A DNA stretch of 33,795 nt from the NCBI GenBank assembly GCA_029717555.1, contig JAMDHS010000135.1, positions 1 through 33,795 of the forward strand, written 5' to 3'. Both the position numbers and the translations under genes were made by a program. How positions within the stretch are numbered: position 1 is the first letter of the stretch; each line of letters opens with the position of its first letter. Source of the DNA: Peribolospora baueri (Eukaryota). Shown here in pieces: positions 12,273-24,428 of this stretch. The notes beneath the pieces were generated by a model. It was not told where the DNA came from, made no database searches, and saw only the letters and a program-made list of their open reading frames with translations.

Positions 12273-13493
12273 ACGTGCAGAGTTAGGACTTCAACATGTC
12301 CGCCACAACCCTTGATCGCGCGTTCCCTTTCAACAATGAGGGGCGTGGCCATTTCATCTCGCTCGAGTTGATTTCGGCTGCTTCGCGTCGTACCCTAATC
12401 CCCTTCATCATCATCTCTTCTCTCACGAACGGGGCGCTTCGATGAAATTGCTGGGTCTGGATGCAGGTCCCTTCCCTCCCCTCTTCTGAGGAGGTGGGGT
12501 TGGCACCGAGCATGCCTACACCCGATGCCGATGCTTGCTTGCTTTTGCTGCCGGTGCCCACACTCGCTCGTCTTGTCTGCCGTCGGCCATGCCGTCGTTC
12601 GGTAGCCAGTCAGGTCAGGAGTGACCGCGATCGGGCAAATCTCCCGTCGGGAGCAGCATGACCAGCCCGGACGGCTGACGGACGACAAGACCGAGCCGTG
12701 GCGCCTGCCAGCGCGGCGAAGGTCTTGTAGTTCCGTTAGCCCGGCCCGAGGCGATCTCCTCGCTCGCCTTCGTCGCCAGCTCTTTACCGGTCGGCGAGTC
12801 GCGGCAACGTTGCGCCGCGTGCTCCTCTCTCCTCGCCGTCCCCTCTTTTATTGGACAGCTTGCTCACCATCGGAGCCACGTCCCCGTCCCCGCTTCGTGA
12901 ACTCGTTCCGGATGCTCGATTCAACATCGTGGCGCTGGACCAACCGATCCCCCCCTATCCCGTCCCCTCCGCTTCCCGCTTCATCTTTTAACGTTGTCTC
13001 TTTTTTTATTACGGCCCTATGAGTTCCATTTATCCTCTTCTCCGTTCGTCCGGGCGGCTAGGGACGAGCCGCCGTCCGCCCTTTATGCTTGATCTTGTTA
13101 TTGAGTCGATGTCCGTGTGCCTACTCTGAGCAATGAGAGGTCGCGCCGATTTGATCAGGTCAACCGACGAAAAAGCATCATAAAGTATTTGTTTCGCGCG
13201 AGGGTTCTTCATTGAGCGCCATGAAAAAGTTGCTGACGATGAGAAAAGAGGCTGCAAGCTCGAAATCTACCAGCTTCGAGCATTGCCTGCCGACCCCCGG
13301 CCAGGCCGCTGATGAGAAGGAATAGAACTCGGAGCGCAGACTGAAAAGATTGCAGAAGTGTCATAGGTACAAGGTCATGAACAGAGGGTTCAGACAGACG
13401 ACGAGGGGGATGTAGCTGGATGCGACGCGATCGAAATGCGACATTGACAACGAGCGACGAGAGCACGCGTACCAAAAATAAGGGCAAAAAGAC

Positions 13494-13500
13494 AAAAAAA
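13494..13500 (-). terminator. RNA polymerase III oligo-T terminator of the tRNA gene
   Basis: T7 run on the minus strand 3 nt downstream of the tRNA 3' end. Confidence 0.8.
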
Positions 13501-13503
13501 TCT

Positions 13504-13592
13504 CGGTGACACTAGGAATCGAACCTAGGCTTTTGGAAATCTTCCGTCAAAGGACTTCAAAATCCAACTGTCTACCTCTAACATATGCCACC
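13504..13592 (-). tRNA. tRNA-Gln(UUG) with 18-nt intron
   Basis: Reverse complement folds into a cloverleaf: acceptor GGTGGCA/TGTCACC, D-stem TGTT/GACA, anticodon stem TTGGA/TCCAA with loop TT-TTG-A, intron AGTCCTTTGACGGAAGAT after position 37, T-arm CTAGG-TTCGATT-CCTAG. Confidence 0.9.
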
Positions 13593-13815
13593 ACGTTTGA
13601 TTTATCCAACCGCTGAGCGGCACATTGATTATAACCCCCATCCACGAGCTTCTTCCTCGCCCCGAGATGACTACTCACCGTTATCTGCCTATTGCCTTCG
13701 GTACTGTCTCCACTGTTCATAGCATATGCGATAGCGTTGGTGAGAGTGGTATAGTTCACTGATCTCAAGAAGACATACATGGCCCTATTGGATACAGAGG
13801 GCTCTACCAGCGTGT

Positions 13816-15828
13816 TCATTGCGCGACCATCGGCACTTCTTCGAGGACAAAATCAAAGTACTCCTGCTCGAGGAGGTTGGCGTATTCGCCCGCGTAGTCA
13901 CCCGCCCCAGAGCTCGTATCTTTCTTCTTCCCGTCGTGGTCCCGGGAGAGGTAGGAAAAATGAGAAGCAAGCGTGGAGAGCAGTGCTTTCGTTCGCTTGG
14001 GATTCGGCTGACAAGAGAAGGCGACGAGCGCGTCCAGTCAATGCATTGATCGCAACGTGTCTGACGGTCACGCGATGCCCACCTTGATCGTGACGCCAAA
14101 GTAATCAGCAGGCAGGCCGTACCGGAGAACGCTCTCCACGAAGAGCTTGACAACCTTCAGATGCACCAGCGCCTGAAAGGCCTCGGAGAAGTTGGTCCGC
14201 GAGAGTCGCAACAACTCCGTCTGCAATTCCGTCCGCGCGCGCGAATGAGTAACCATCAGCGTCGAGCGTCCGGTAATATCACAAAACCTCGAGCTCACCC
14301 AAAGCTCCTTCTCAGAGATTCCCGCGTCTTCGAGCTCCTGTCTTTGTTTGTCCAGCAAATTCTCGTCGAATTTGAAGTCCCGAACGGTAAACCTGCAGGA
14401 AATGAAAGAGGAATGAACGGGACGTAGACCTGGGTAAACTCACTGGCCGGCCGCGATGCTGCTGCGGAGGGATAAAATCGTCGCGCACGCTCACTTGTTT
14501 TCTCGGCACTTCTGCACAAACTCGTCGTGCACCTTTTTGAACACTGTCACATTGTACAGGCAGTACTCATCGTCCTTGGCTAGCAGCCTGTTGAAAAGAA
14601 GCAACATATCGAGCATTTACGTCAGTATATGTCGTGAATACCAACGGGACCCTAACCTGTAATCTCACGTTGAAGATCGCGGTACGACCATCGGAGACAA
14701 CCGCTCGTATTTGGCCAACCAGTCTTTTGACAGGTTTCTAAGGGAACAAGTGTGAGGTTAGCTCGAGTTGAAAAATTTGAGAGAGGCACAACACCGTTCG
14801 AGGGAGCTTACTTCGGCACCGCTACTAGCAATGTCTCCAGGTAATCCGAACCATTATCCACAAAGTCTTCCTTCTTCACGACGTCTGCCAGCGATCGAAC
14901 GCTCAGGTTGCCGCTGTAATCGTGATCCAGCAAGGCCAATCCAAACCACGGTCAAGGTGAGCCAAGAGCAATCAGCTGCCTCGAGTATGCTGAAAAAGCG
15001 GCACTCACGTCTTCTTCCTCTGAAGCTGCTGCAAGGACCCTTTCGCGAGGTTGTAGTTGTTCAGTTTCTGTTTCATCACGTTGTCGATCGATGTCATCTC
15101 CTGAAAAATGGTCACACGTCGTGAAGATTCCAAAGCAAGGATCAGTAGGACCGCTTCCTTGAACTAGCCACTTCATGACTAATCTAAAGGCCGGACATTA
15201 CATGTGACTGCTCACTCACCTTGCTCAAGGAATCCACCACCTCCTTCAAGCTCCTATCCGTCCTGTACTTGCCAACGTTCCAGGAGAATGCGAGCACGTA
15301 GTCATCAATAGGGCGCTCGTTGATCAGCAGGTGTTGCGCCAACCTATCCGGGTCGTTATTGAGGAGATTTCGCAGGGTGTCGACGATCTTAGCGACCACT
15401 TGGGTGAAGTAGGAGTCGTGCTTGGGGAGTTCTCCCGAGAGAGAGATGAGAGAGTCGAGCGTTCCGGTCTGCAGTTCCACGTTCGACCATCGGAGGTGAA
15501 AGGAAGAACATTCAGCAACTAGCTCGCGACGCAAGGGCGTCCGCTTTGATCGAGTGACGGTAGTTCCAGCAGTACCTTGAAAGATGGAAAGTGGAGCTCG
15601 CCAAACTCGCTTGCCGTGCCTCCAGCGCTGATAAGCTTGGAGGACAGCTCGCTCATCATGCGGTGGGGATCTCCATCCAGCAGAGGCACTGATACGAGCC
15701 CTATTGGTTGAGGACAGCGGAAAGCGCGGTGGTCAGCCGTCTCACTTCGGGAACGATGGGCGATCAGCGGAGTGGCGTCATGAGAATGCGCAGAGATGGT
15801 GCTCACAGTAGGAAAGATCGGAAGGCAT
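13816..15828 (-). CDS. VMA5: V-type proton ATPase subunit C, 9 exons
   Basis: MPSDLSYW/LVSVP...FPSFK/TGTLDSLISLSGELPK...FSWNVGKYR...EMTSIDNVMKQKLNNYNLAKG...GNLSVRSLADVV...YLETLLVAVPK...YERLSPMVVPRS...FTVRDF...TNFSEAFQALVHLKVVKLFVESVLRYGLP...EYFDFVLEEVPMVAQ*. All introns GT-AG. Confidence 0.95.
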
Positions 15829-16067
15829 GTCTGCTGGGCTATCTACCAGAAACGGCGGGGGCCGAAGGTGTTGGCGAGTGCTAAGGGATGAATGGACGGT
15901 CGATCGCTCGCCATGCCTTGTCACCACGGACGCCCAAAGGGGCAGCCATCGGAAAACGGCGGCGATGGGCGGCTTGGCGCGCTCGCGTCGATCACTTCGA
16001 CGTCGGAGCGCATCTTTGTCTGGGGACGACTCCTTTGTGCCAAAAGCAACGCCAGAGTCAGGTCAAC

Positions 16068-19000
16068 ATGCCTGGTGAGCATGGTCGGCCATCGTCGCGG
16101 CTTCGCTTATTATTTCTACAGGCCTGACCGTATTGTCATTCTTTCCTCTAGCGTTGACAGGCGAGCTCGGGCGGCCCATGACCATCTTCGAAGAATTCGC
16201 TGCCGTCGTTCAGGAGGCCAGGGAAGATCACTTGGACCCGACCGAGGGGCTGGCAAGCCGCTTTGTTGAGGTTTGCCAACAGAAGTGAGCTGCGTTTCCT
16301 TTATCCTTGTGTTGTGCATCACATACAGGAAACAGGACAGTGCACCTGGCTCACTCTTTGCCACCCCTGATCCTCTCGTGGACGTCAGGGCCGCGGGTGA
16401 GGAGGTGAGCAGGTGGACCCTCGAGAGGAATACTTGGTCTATCATACAGCGACTCTATCTGTGAGTTTGTACGAGGATGGAGAGAGGACAAGGCTGTACA
16501 CTGGTGTTTGACGGCATGGTGTCGATTAACATAATTTTACAATGTTTCTGCACGATTAGAGAACGAATAGACTCGTCTGGGTCATCGTCTGGAGGCGCTC
16601 TGACTCAAATAGACCCGTACGAGACGCCTCTGAGCATGGTACAGAGGTGTTTTGAGGAGGATGCATTGCTGAACGAATTTAGGGTATGTCTAATACCTCG
16701 CGGTCACTTCCGGTTGCTATGCAGCACCGCTCATCCGATCGCTTATGATTTGCCGTGTAGGTCGTGAAGGAATGGCTTCAGGAGACAGTCCCTCCTCTCT
16801 ACCGAGTAGAGCCACGTGAAGGCTATTGGCCTCAAACTTGGAGCCGTATCAGGGCTGATACCCGAGGAAAGGTTCCCCTCGGCTTTGACCTGGCCAAGCG
16901 GACCAACACGAAAACAGTCACAGAGATGGATCCTGACGCTCCTAACCGGGGTCAGGGCGGATTAGCGCCCCAGGATGACGTGTGTAACGTTTTCGGGACA
17001 TAACGTCCGCTGCCAATTGTAAACCGGCTTAACGAACGCTTTTCTTCTTTCTTCATATTCGACACCTCTGCACAGACGTACGACAAGGCTCTCCTCCGGT
17101 CGCTCTTCGAGCATGTCCGTGCTGGACGACTCGACATCGCCATGAACATGTGCCGCGAATCGGACCAAGACTGGCGGGCAGCGAGTCTTCGAGGCGGCAT
17201 ATTCTACGACGATCCGAAATTAAGTGAGTAGTCGGCACATTCGGTATGTTCGTGGCATTTTCGACATGTGGAGTTCTTAAGCGATCCTTGGCTATCATCC
17301 GCTTGCTCACGCCGATTTCTTCCCCAAATCTAGCTGGGACTTTGGACGAGATGGATTTCGATGAAGACGGGCAACCGATACGGAGAGACGCTCCAATGGG
17401 GAACAGGGACAGGCTGCTATGGAAGATGATGTCCCGCTCGTTGGCGGCTAACGTAAGTGTTTTTGAACTCAAAGTCACAGGCAGTCTCTTCGATCAGTTA
17501 CTAAAGTATCCACGTGTTTCAGTCCGACCTGGACAAATACGAACGAGCTCTGTATGGCGCTTTATCTGGCGACCTTCAATCCGTTCTGAATGTCTCTGAG
17601 ACGTGGGAAGACCACCTTTGGGCTTATGTCAGCTCGGCCGTCGAATCCCGGTTAGAGGTCAAGCTCAGCCAGGCTGGCGGATGGTGGAGCCAGCGTGCAG
17701 AGGCTGAGTTTGGCCGAGCCGGGGAAGCGGGCTCAACAAACGTCGGCGAGCGCCAGACGGTCGACAAGTGGCGTAAAGAGGGGGAATTGACCTTTGATGC
17801 GATCTTTAACGAGCTCTTGCAATCGCAAGATGAATCAGTTCGGTAAGGATGCAGGGTGCGGACCGTCGACAAATTTGGGCGTACCTTCTGTTTATTCACT
17901 ATGTCATGATTTTCAACTCTCAGCTTGGCAAGCCGAGACCCGTATCGCATGGCTCAGATGTTTATCATGCTCGGGCGAGTGACCCAACTCCTTGAAACGG
18001 TCGCGAACAGGTTATCGGAGATTGAAGAGGAATGGGGACCGTGAGTGCAGCAACAGAGATGTCGCGCGAGCGTCGTTGCTGGAGGACTGCATGGCTGACG
18101 ATTTCCTTCTCGATGACCCTTGCAGCACGTTCGACCACATCCTCCGCTTCTACTCGCATCTCATTCTCCTTCTACGGTTCATGGAGCAGCCTCTGCCCCA
18201 AGGCAGCTGCAACGTGATTTTGCGGCGCTACGTCTATTTGCTGAAGGACCGGGGCCAAGACGAGCTAGTGGCGATGTATGCGAGCGCTCTGGAGGAAGAA
18301 AGCGCTACGGAGAGCTACGCACGGTTCTTGCAATGTGAGTCGATCACGAGTGCTCTTCTTGTCGGGCGCTGTGCAACTGACTGTCGCTATCTGACATTTC
18401 GACCAGCCATGGACCCCGACACGAACATAGAAACGAAGCAGGCGGCTCTCCTGCGCGGGAGCGAATACGACCTCAACCTTGTCGCGGTGGCCCGTCGAAC
18501 TGTGGAGCTCATCTTCGACGATACGCTGGTGGTGAGTGTCCTGCCTCGCGTGCCGTTCGCCGTCCTCCGTTCGAACTCCCATTGACGTGATCACTACACC
18601 TCTACTCCTGTACAGCAACCGCTGAACCAGAGCGATTGGGCGATCACTCAATTCGGGGACCGTCCGAATGCGCTGGAGCAGATGTTGATACGAGGCGTCG
18701 ATTGGCTCACCTTTGACGAAAGCACGTATTCAGAGGCTCTTTACCAGATCAATGCCCTCATGCGATACTTCTTGTGTAAGTCGCTTCATTCGCTCCACAG
18801 GCATCGCTGCCGACGTTTTGACTCACCCTCTTGCATCCACTCGCCGTCGCTCACGTTCTTCAAATGACAGCGAACGGCCGACGACACGCAGCCGGCGCCT
18901 TACTCTCCTCACTGTCGTCATCGCTCATAGTCGCTTTCACCGATTTGCCGGGGGTACCGGAGGATCAGCGGAACGAATTTGCCCAATATCAGATGCTCTT

Positions 19001-19790
19001 CGACGCGTTGCACGAGCACATGCGATGGACGGAGATATGGCCGAAGAGGCCCAAGACTCCGTGAGCGATCTGGATTACGTTGGCCAGAGGTTGAGCGGAC
19101 GTTGGCGACAGAAGATTGACATGAATTCTCTCTCCTTGGGGGGCCCACAGGAAGGACTCGGCCGAGTTTTCCTCTTGGAGCGAAGGGATGAGGGTCAGTG
19201 ATTCTTCCTCGTTTTCCGAGCGAACCGTAAGAATGACGGTAGCTTCCGTTGACACGTTTCAGATGTTCGTGGACAACGCACGGACGACGGCGCTGGCCGT
19301 GCTCGAATCTGACTGGCTCAAATTCGACATCGAAGAGGATTCCGCTGCTGGTGCGTGCCGCGAAAGGCTTGACTTGCCGCTCTTTGTGTGGCATCGTGCC
19401 GGCGAATTTGCTGCTGACATTCGCCCGACATTGCCTTGGCGCCCGTGCGTTCAAGTTCGACGGCGACGGGAAGAGCTGGCTCGCATCCGACAACTGTACA
19501 TCCCAGAGATTGTTTTCTCGCTGTACCGCACGCTCTTGGACAGCAGCGAGGTCGTCCCGGAGAGCCTGGCTCAGGCGCTCCAGCTGGCCAACCTGGTCGC
19601 CGACGAGCGGAGCAAGCTCTACCTCGACTTCATCACCGAAAGCGGCGGCAACAAGCTGGGCGACTTCCTGGCCCTCGTCCGGCGTGCCGCGCTCGAGCAG
19701 CTTCGCGTGTCGCAGGAGAAGGGCGTGCCTGGTGGCCCGGACGTGTTCAGAGCGGCGGCGGGTGGTACCATCAGCGCCGCTGTATTTTAG
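16068..19790 (+). CDS. NUP84: Nuclear pore complex protein Nup84/Nup107, many exons
   Basis: Probable ATG 16068 (7-nt first exon). Motifs LERNTWSIIQRLY, VKEWLQET, MDPDAPNR, LFEHVRAGR..A..MCRESDQDWRAASLRGG, GNRDRLLWK, YERALYGALSGDL, WEDHLWA, ILRFYSHL, LVAMYASAL, RQLYIPEIV and LANLVADE; TAG 19788-19790. Start exon less certain than the family call. Confidence 0.92.
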
Positions 19791-19995
19791 TGCGCGTCAC
19801 GAGCTCACGGGGCCGTCTGGCGGTCCGAAACATACATGGAGACTGCTCGTCGGTGGCGTCGACCAGCATCCGCGCCCTCGAGATCGACCCGACTGTACGT
19901 GACTGTAAGCGACTGAATAGTTGCTATAGCTAACCATCGGTTTGAAGGTGTCCTAGACAGTTGAAGAGAAAATGGGTGCACATTTCGGTCGCCCT

Positions 19996-20056
19996 GGTGG
20001 CACGTATCAGCTGGCACCGTAGTAGGAAGATGTCTCAGTTTTGGGGTCACTTGCGC
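19996..20056 (+). repeat. Dispersed direct repeat, copy 1 (41-bp exact core plus ~20-bp near-exact tail) upstream of the YggS/PROSC gene
   Basis: GGTGGCACGTATCAGCTGGCACCGTAGTAGGAAGATGTCTC is identical to 26278-26318; followed by AGTTTTGGGGTCACTTGCGC. Confidence 0.95.
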
Positions 20057-20213
20057 ACGTTACAACGTCCGTCGCCGTTCCTCTTCTTCCCCGTCCCACC
20101 GGCGTTTTCCGTAGTCACACGGTGTCGCCCCTTATCGGGGGTCACGTGGTCAGCCTTTCCTGTCACTCGACCACGTCGATCTTCTTAACACAGTCTTCCT
20201 CCCAGCTTCACTC

Positions 20214-21597
20214 ATGGGCGCGCTCTTCTCTAGGCGCGCCTTCACTTCAGCGTCTTCTGCATTCGTCCGCCTCACACCCTCCAACTTTGTCGCTTCACCC
20301 AGTCGCCCCATGTCCGAAAGCACCACCGGCAATACATCCGGAGCGCCGGCCCAAGTCGAAGTCGATCTGCCGGCGTACCCTGTGCCTGTGCAAGAGAGAG
20401 AGGAGGAGGTGAAAGCAGGGCTTGAAGACGTGAGGAAGAGGCTTGAGGCGGCTGCTAGCCAGGGCGGGAAGACGAAAGTGAGATGGAATCATGGCTTTGG
20501 ACAAGGAAGATCCACCTCTGTTCCCGTTCTTCGTACATCCTCCTTACCTCTTATCCGCCCCCCAACATCTTCTACTTTCTATCTCCCGCGCTCAAAGCCC
20601 CGTCTTGTAGCCGTTTCTAAGTTTAAGCCCCCGTCAGACATCATGGCAGCTTACAAGGCAGGCCAGCGCCACTTTGGAGAGAACTACGTCAATGAGCTCG
20701 TAGATAAGGCTCCCGTTTTGCCGCCCGACGTCAGGTGGCATTTCGTTGGCGCTTTGCAGAGTAATAAGGGAAAGGCTCTCGCTTGTGAGTCCTTCCTCTC
20801 TCCTTTAGCGCTTGCGCGATGATATGGTGGGCGCGATGCGGACGGGGAGACTTGAAGGGACGGGGCGAAGTGGGTGCCGCGTACGTGATGATAAGAGCGC
20901 GTGTTCCACCTTCTCCTTCCGCCTGTTTATTTGCCTCGCAGCCATTCCAAATCTTTACCTCCTGGAAACGCTCACGTCTGTCAAGGCGGCCGACATCCTG
21001 GAAAAGGCTCGCGCATCCGTCATTTCGTCATTATCCTCTTCCTCCAACCCTGTGGATCCCTTGGGCGTATACATCCAAATCAACACCTCTGGAGAGGACC
21101 AGAAGGCGGGTCTGACCACGCTGCGCGAAGGTAGCACCGAGACCTCGAACGCAGAGGCAGAAGTCGTTCGTCTCGCCGCGCACATCCTCAACAAATGCCC
21201 ACACCTCCGACTCCAAGGCCTGATGACCATCGGTTCCTTCGACAACTCGGCCTCGGCGGCGGACGCTGCGGAAAACCCAGACTTCCAAGCGCTCTTGACC
21301 ACTCGCCGGGCTCTCCTCGCGGCCTTGATGGCGCCTTCTTCTCCTCTCTCTCCAGCCGTTCGCCAAAAACTGATCGAGACGCGGGATCAAGATCCTGATG
21401 GCGGTGGACTACCGTTGGAGCTGTCGATGGGCATGAGCGCTGATTTCGAGATTGCGGCCAAGATGGGGAGCGGAAATGTCAGAGTGGGCACGAGTATATT
21501 TGGCCAGAGGGGAGGGAGGGAAGAGGCTAAGGAGGCGAGGGAAAGAGAGGCGGCCAAGGCTATGGGCGACCAAAATTGGCGGAAGAGTAGCCAATAA
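20214..21597 (+). CDS. PLPBP: Pyridoxal phosphate homeostasis protein (YggS/PROSC/PLPBP family), 3 exons
   Basis: PRLVAVSKFKP (PLP lysine), GQRHFGENYVNEL, WHFVGALQSNK, IQINTSGEDQKAG, LQGLMTIG, ELSMGMSADF and VRVGTSIFG. Introns 20478-20597 and 20785-20941; alternative start ATG 20310. Confidence 0.95.
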
Positions 21598-21683
21598 CCG
21601 AAGTTTATGGAGAGCCATTGCATTCCATATGTATGATAATGAATAGACAATAAAAAAGATTTCAGTCTTCCCAGAAGCTGGCT

Positions 21684-23557
21684 TTACCCTTCACCAGCCT
21701 GTCCATCTTGCCCGTCCACCCCGTTCGCCTTGGGCTCTTGCTCGTTTTCTCTCCCATCTGCACGACCGGCCGCCTCGTCGTTCTCCTGACGCTCCGAGCT
21801 GTCCGCCTCTCCCTCTGCCTTCTCCTCGCCCTGGTCTCGCTTGTAGGCGGAGAGATCCCAGTCCTCCTCCTCCTCGTCCTCGTCCAGGTACATCTCGGGG
21901 TTGTATTGGAACTGTAATGCAAGACAAGATTGACGGAGAACGCGTCGATCAGTGAAAACGGCCGTTGGCGTGTAAGCGAACATATGGTTTGCCGAGATGA
22001 GATACAAAGACCACGAAACGGTACGAATGGAGCAAAGAGGCAAGCTTACCAGCTCCCTTCCGCTCATGCCATTCGCCTTTCCAGCCTTGACCTGCGCCTC
22101 CCGCGCCTTGTTCCTCGCCTCCTCTTCCGCCTGCTTTTTGTCCATCCGGTTCTTCTTCCATGCGGCGAACGTCTCGGCAGTCACAGGCGTGAGGTTGGAG
22201 CCCAGCTTGTGTCGCTGTGATGAGAAAAGGCGTGTGGTGCAAGGAAAAGATGAACGAGTAAACATGGAAGGACTCAGTTCAGATTCTGACTGACGGGGCA
22301 GCAGACACAACCCTGAACTGAAGGGCGCAAGAGATCAAACTCACCTCGACCTCCAGAAACTCCTCCAAAGTGATTTCGTTTTCCTTTTCCTCTGCCTCCT
22401 TCTTTTTCTGCTGACTCTTGAGTACGAACCCAGGCGGCAACGCGTGGCGGTACTTGCACTTCTCCCCGCCATTGGGACACTCCCAGAACCAACCGTACTT
22501 GCCGTCTTCGATGGCTTGGATGAAAAATTTGCACACGATGTCCGTCGTCGTCTTTAGATTGCCGTGTTTGGAAAGCACCACTTGGTTCAGCTTGGCAGAG
22601 TCCCACTTGTCCATTGTGTCTGTTTCGTAGAGCGGTCGACCGCGCACGGGCAAATGAGTCAGCGTAATATTAGCTATGTACTTAGCCTTCGTACGGGTCT
22701 CCCAACTCCGCGACTGCAGGTGCGCTGCTCACCAGTCTCCTTGTCCTGATCGACTCGCATGTCTGTATACAAGTCCCTCTTTTCTGACTTGCGATCCGGC
22801 TCTTTCGTGTGCGCAAATTTACACTTCTTCCCCTTTTCACAGTTGCCCGCTTTGAAGAACGCGCAGGGCACGGTTTTCGGATCTTGGGCGTAGGAAGGTA
22901 TGAAAAATGAGAATGACTCTGCGTCGGCGGCAAGGGTTGAAAACGAGCATGGGTAGAGACCCACCAACGCCGAAAGGCACCTTCTGTACCTGAGCAGGCT
23001 TGAAGAGCTCGCCCATCTCCTTCTTCCGGATCTCTTCCGCCTTCTTCCTCTCCCTTTCCTCCTCTTTTCGCCTTTCTTTCATTTGCTGTTGGGGATGACA
23101 AGCAATAAAGTTCTGAGAGTCAGCCACAAAAGAAAAGCCAAGATAAAACAGCTCAAGCGCCGGTTACTCACAGCCTCCCGGTTCTTCCCTGCCAAGGACT
23201 GCTGCTGCTGAATTAGCTTAACCTGCGCTTGCACTTTGGTGGACTTATTTTTCTGGATATGGTGCAAGCAGCGAGCGAGGCGGCAAACCATATGAGAGAG
23301 AATTGTTTCAATGATCGACGGTCCGGTGAGGTCATGCACGCCACAGGTCATTGGAAACTCACGTTTTTGAGACCGAAAGTCTAGTGAGAGAAAGGAAAAG
23401 AAGATATTGGAGACAGAGCAGATCAGCGTCGCACCAAGTCCATGCGTGAGCCTTTCGCAGGTCGTCCCAAGTCCCGACCGGTAGAGCTCTGAGAGCTCAC
23501 CTTGTCCTCCTTGACCTTGTTGGAGCTTCCCTGCTGCTGCTGCTTTTTGGGCGCCAT
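21684..23557 (-). CDS. TMA46: Translation machinery-associated protein 46 (ZC3H15/DFRP1; two CCCH zinc fingers), multi-exon
   Basis: [33 protein letters not shown]...[34 protein letters not shown]...[43 protein letters not shown]...[31 protein letters not shown]...MSGREL/FQYNPE; TAA 21684-21686. Confidence 0.95.
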
Positions 23558-24428
23558 GGTGCTCGTCCAGCACTAACTGAGTTGTGAATATGGTAGAATA
23601 TGAGGTGAGGGAGGTATATGCGGTGGAAAGGGTCTATCCTTGCTCCTCGCCGCCTTGCTGGTGATGGTGGGTGATGGTGGTGGTGCGTCTGGTGGCAGTG
23701 GACTGGCTGATACTCCGTGGGAACTGGCTCGTTCGCCGCAGCCTTTCGGGATCGGGTCAACGAGGCATGCCGCAGTTCACCGGGACAGCTGCCCATATCG
23801 TTCACCACTGCGGCCACGTCCCATTCGCCTTATGCGAAAAGAGAACGTACGAGAGAAGAGAAGGGAGGGGAGAGCGGGATCGCCTGGGTACGCACGCAAG
23901 CATGCATGGAATAAGCGCGGACGTCCGTGCGATGGGGCGCGTTGAGTCTCTCGATGGACAGGTCAACTCGTTATCGCTTCGGAGGGCCGTGACACGGGAT
24001 GGAGAGCAATGGACCCGCGGTCGTTCGAAGGTGGCCTCAGTTCGCCAGGTGCCCTCGGACTTGGGCGTGCAGCATTGACAGACCAGTCTGGTACGGCAAG
24101 AGAGACATAGTTGTGAGTGCGAAGCGAGCTGTCGACGCGGATGATACCTGTTCATTTGTCTGACCGTCGCATCGTACACTCGTTGACCCCCGAAGCAATG
24201 CAATTACTGCGAGCAAGATCCTTCTTTGTCCTTCTTTCCTCTGCAAACAGCTGGTCAACTATCGTCGTTTACTGACGAGAATAAGAAAAGCGACGTGGAG
24301 AAGCGAAAGAAACTGGACGAGAATACGATTTAGGAAGTTATAATTGCCTTTGGCGGCATCTGTAACAGGAGCCTCATCTCAAAGCTCGGACCTCGCTCAA
24401 GGGGTCCTTATTACTTATTCAGCCATCC

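Noticed and set aside
13155..13181. Minus-strand ATGATG...CTGA resembling C/D snoRNA boxes
   Set aside because: Imperfect box C, too short, and no terminal stem or recognisable guide.
19996..20056. The repeated element as a tRNA or tRNA-derived SINE (begins GGTGGCA like the tRNA-Gln, has CAGCTGG)
   Set aside because: No B-box (GTTCRA), no cloverleaf and no matching 3' acceptor strand.
9666..21597. MET6 and PLPBP as a metabolic gene cluster
   Set aside because: Separated by unrelated genes (tRNA, VMA5, NUP84); MetE is not PLP-dependent; proximity is most simply ordinary synteny.
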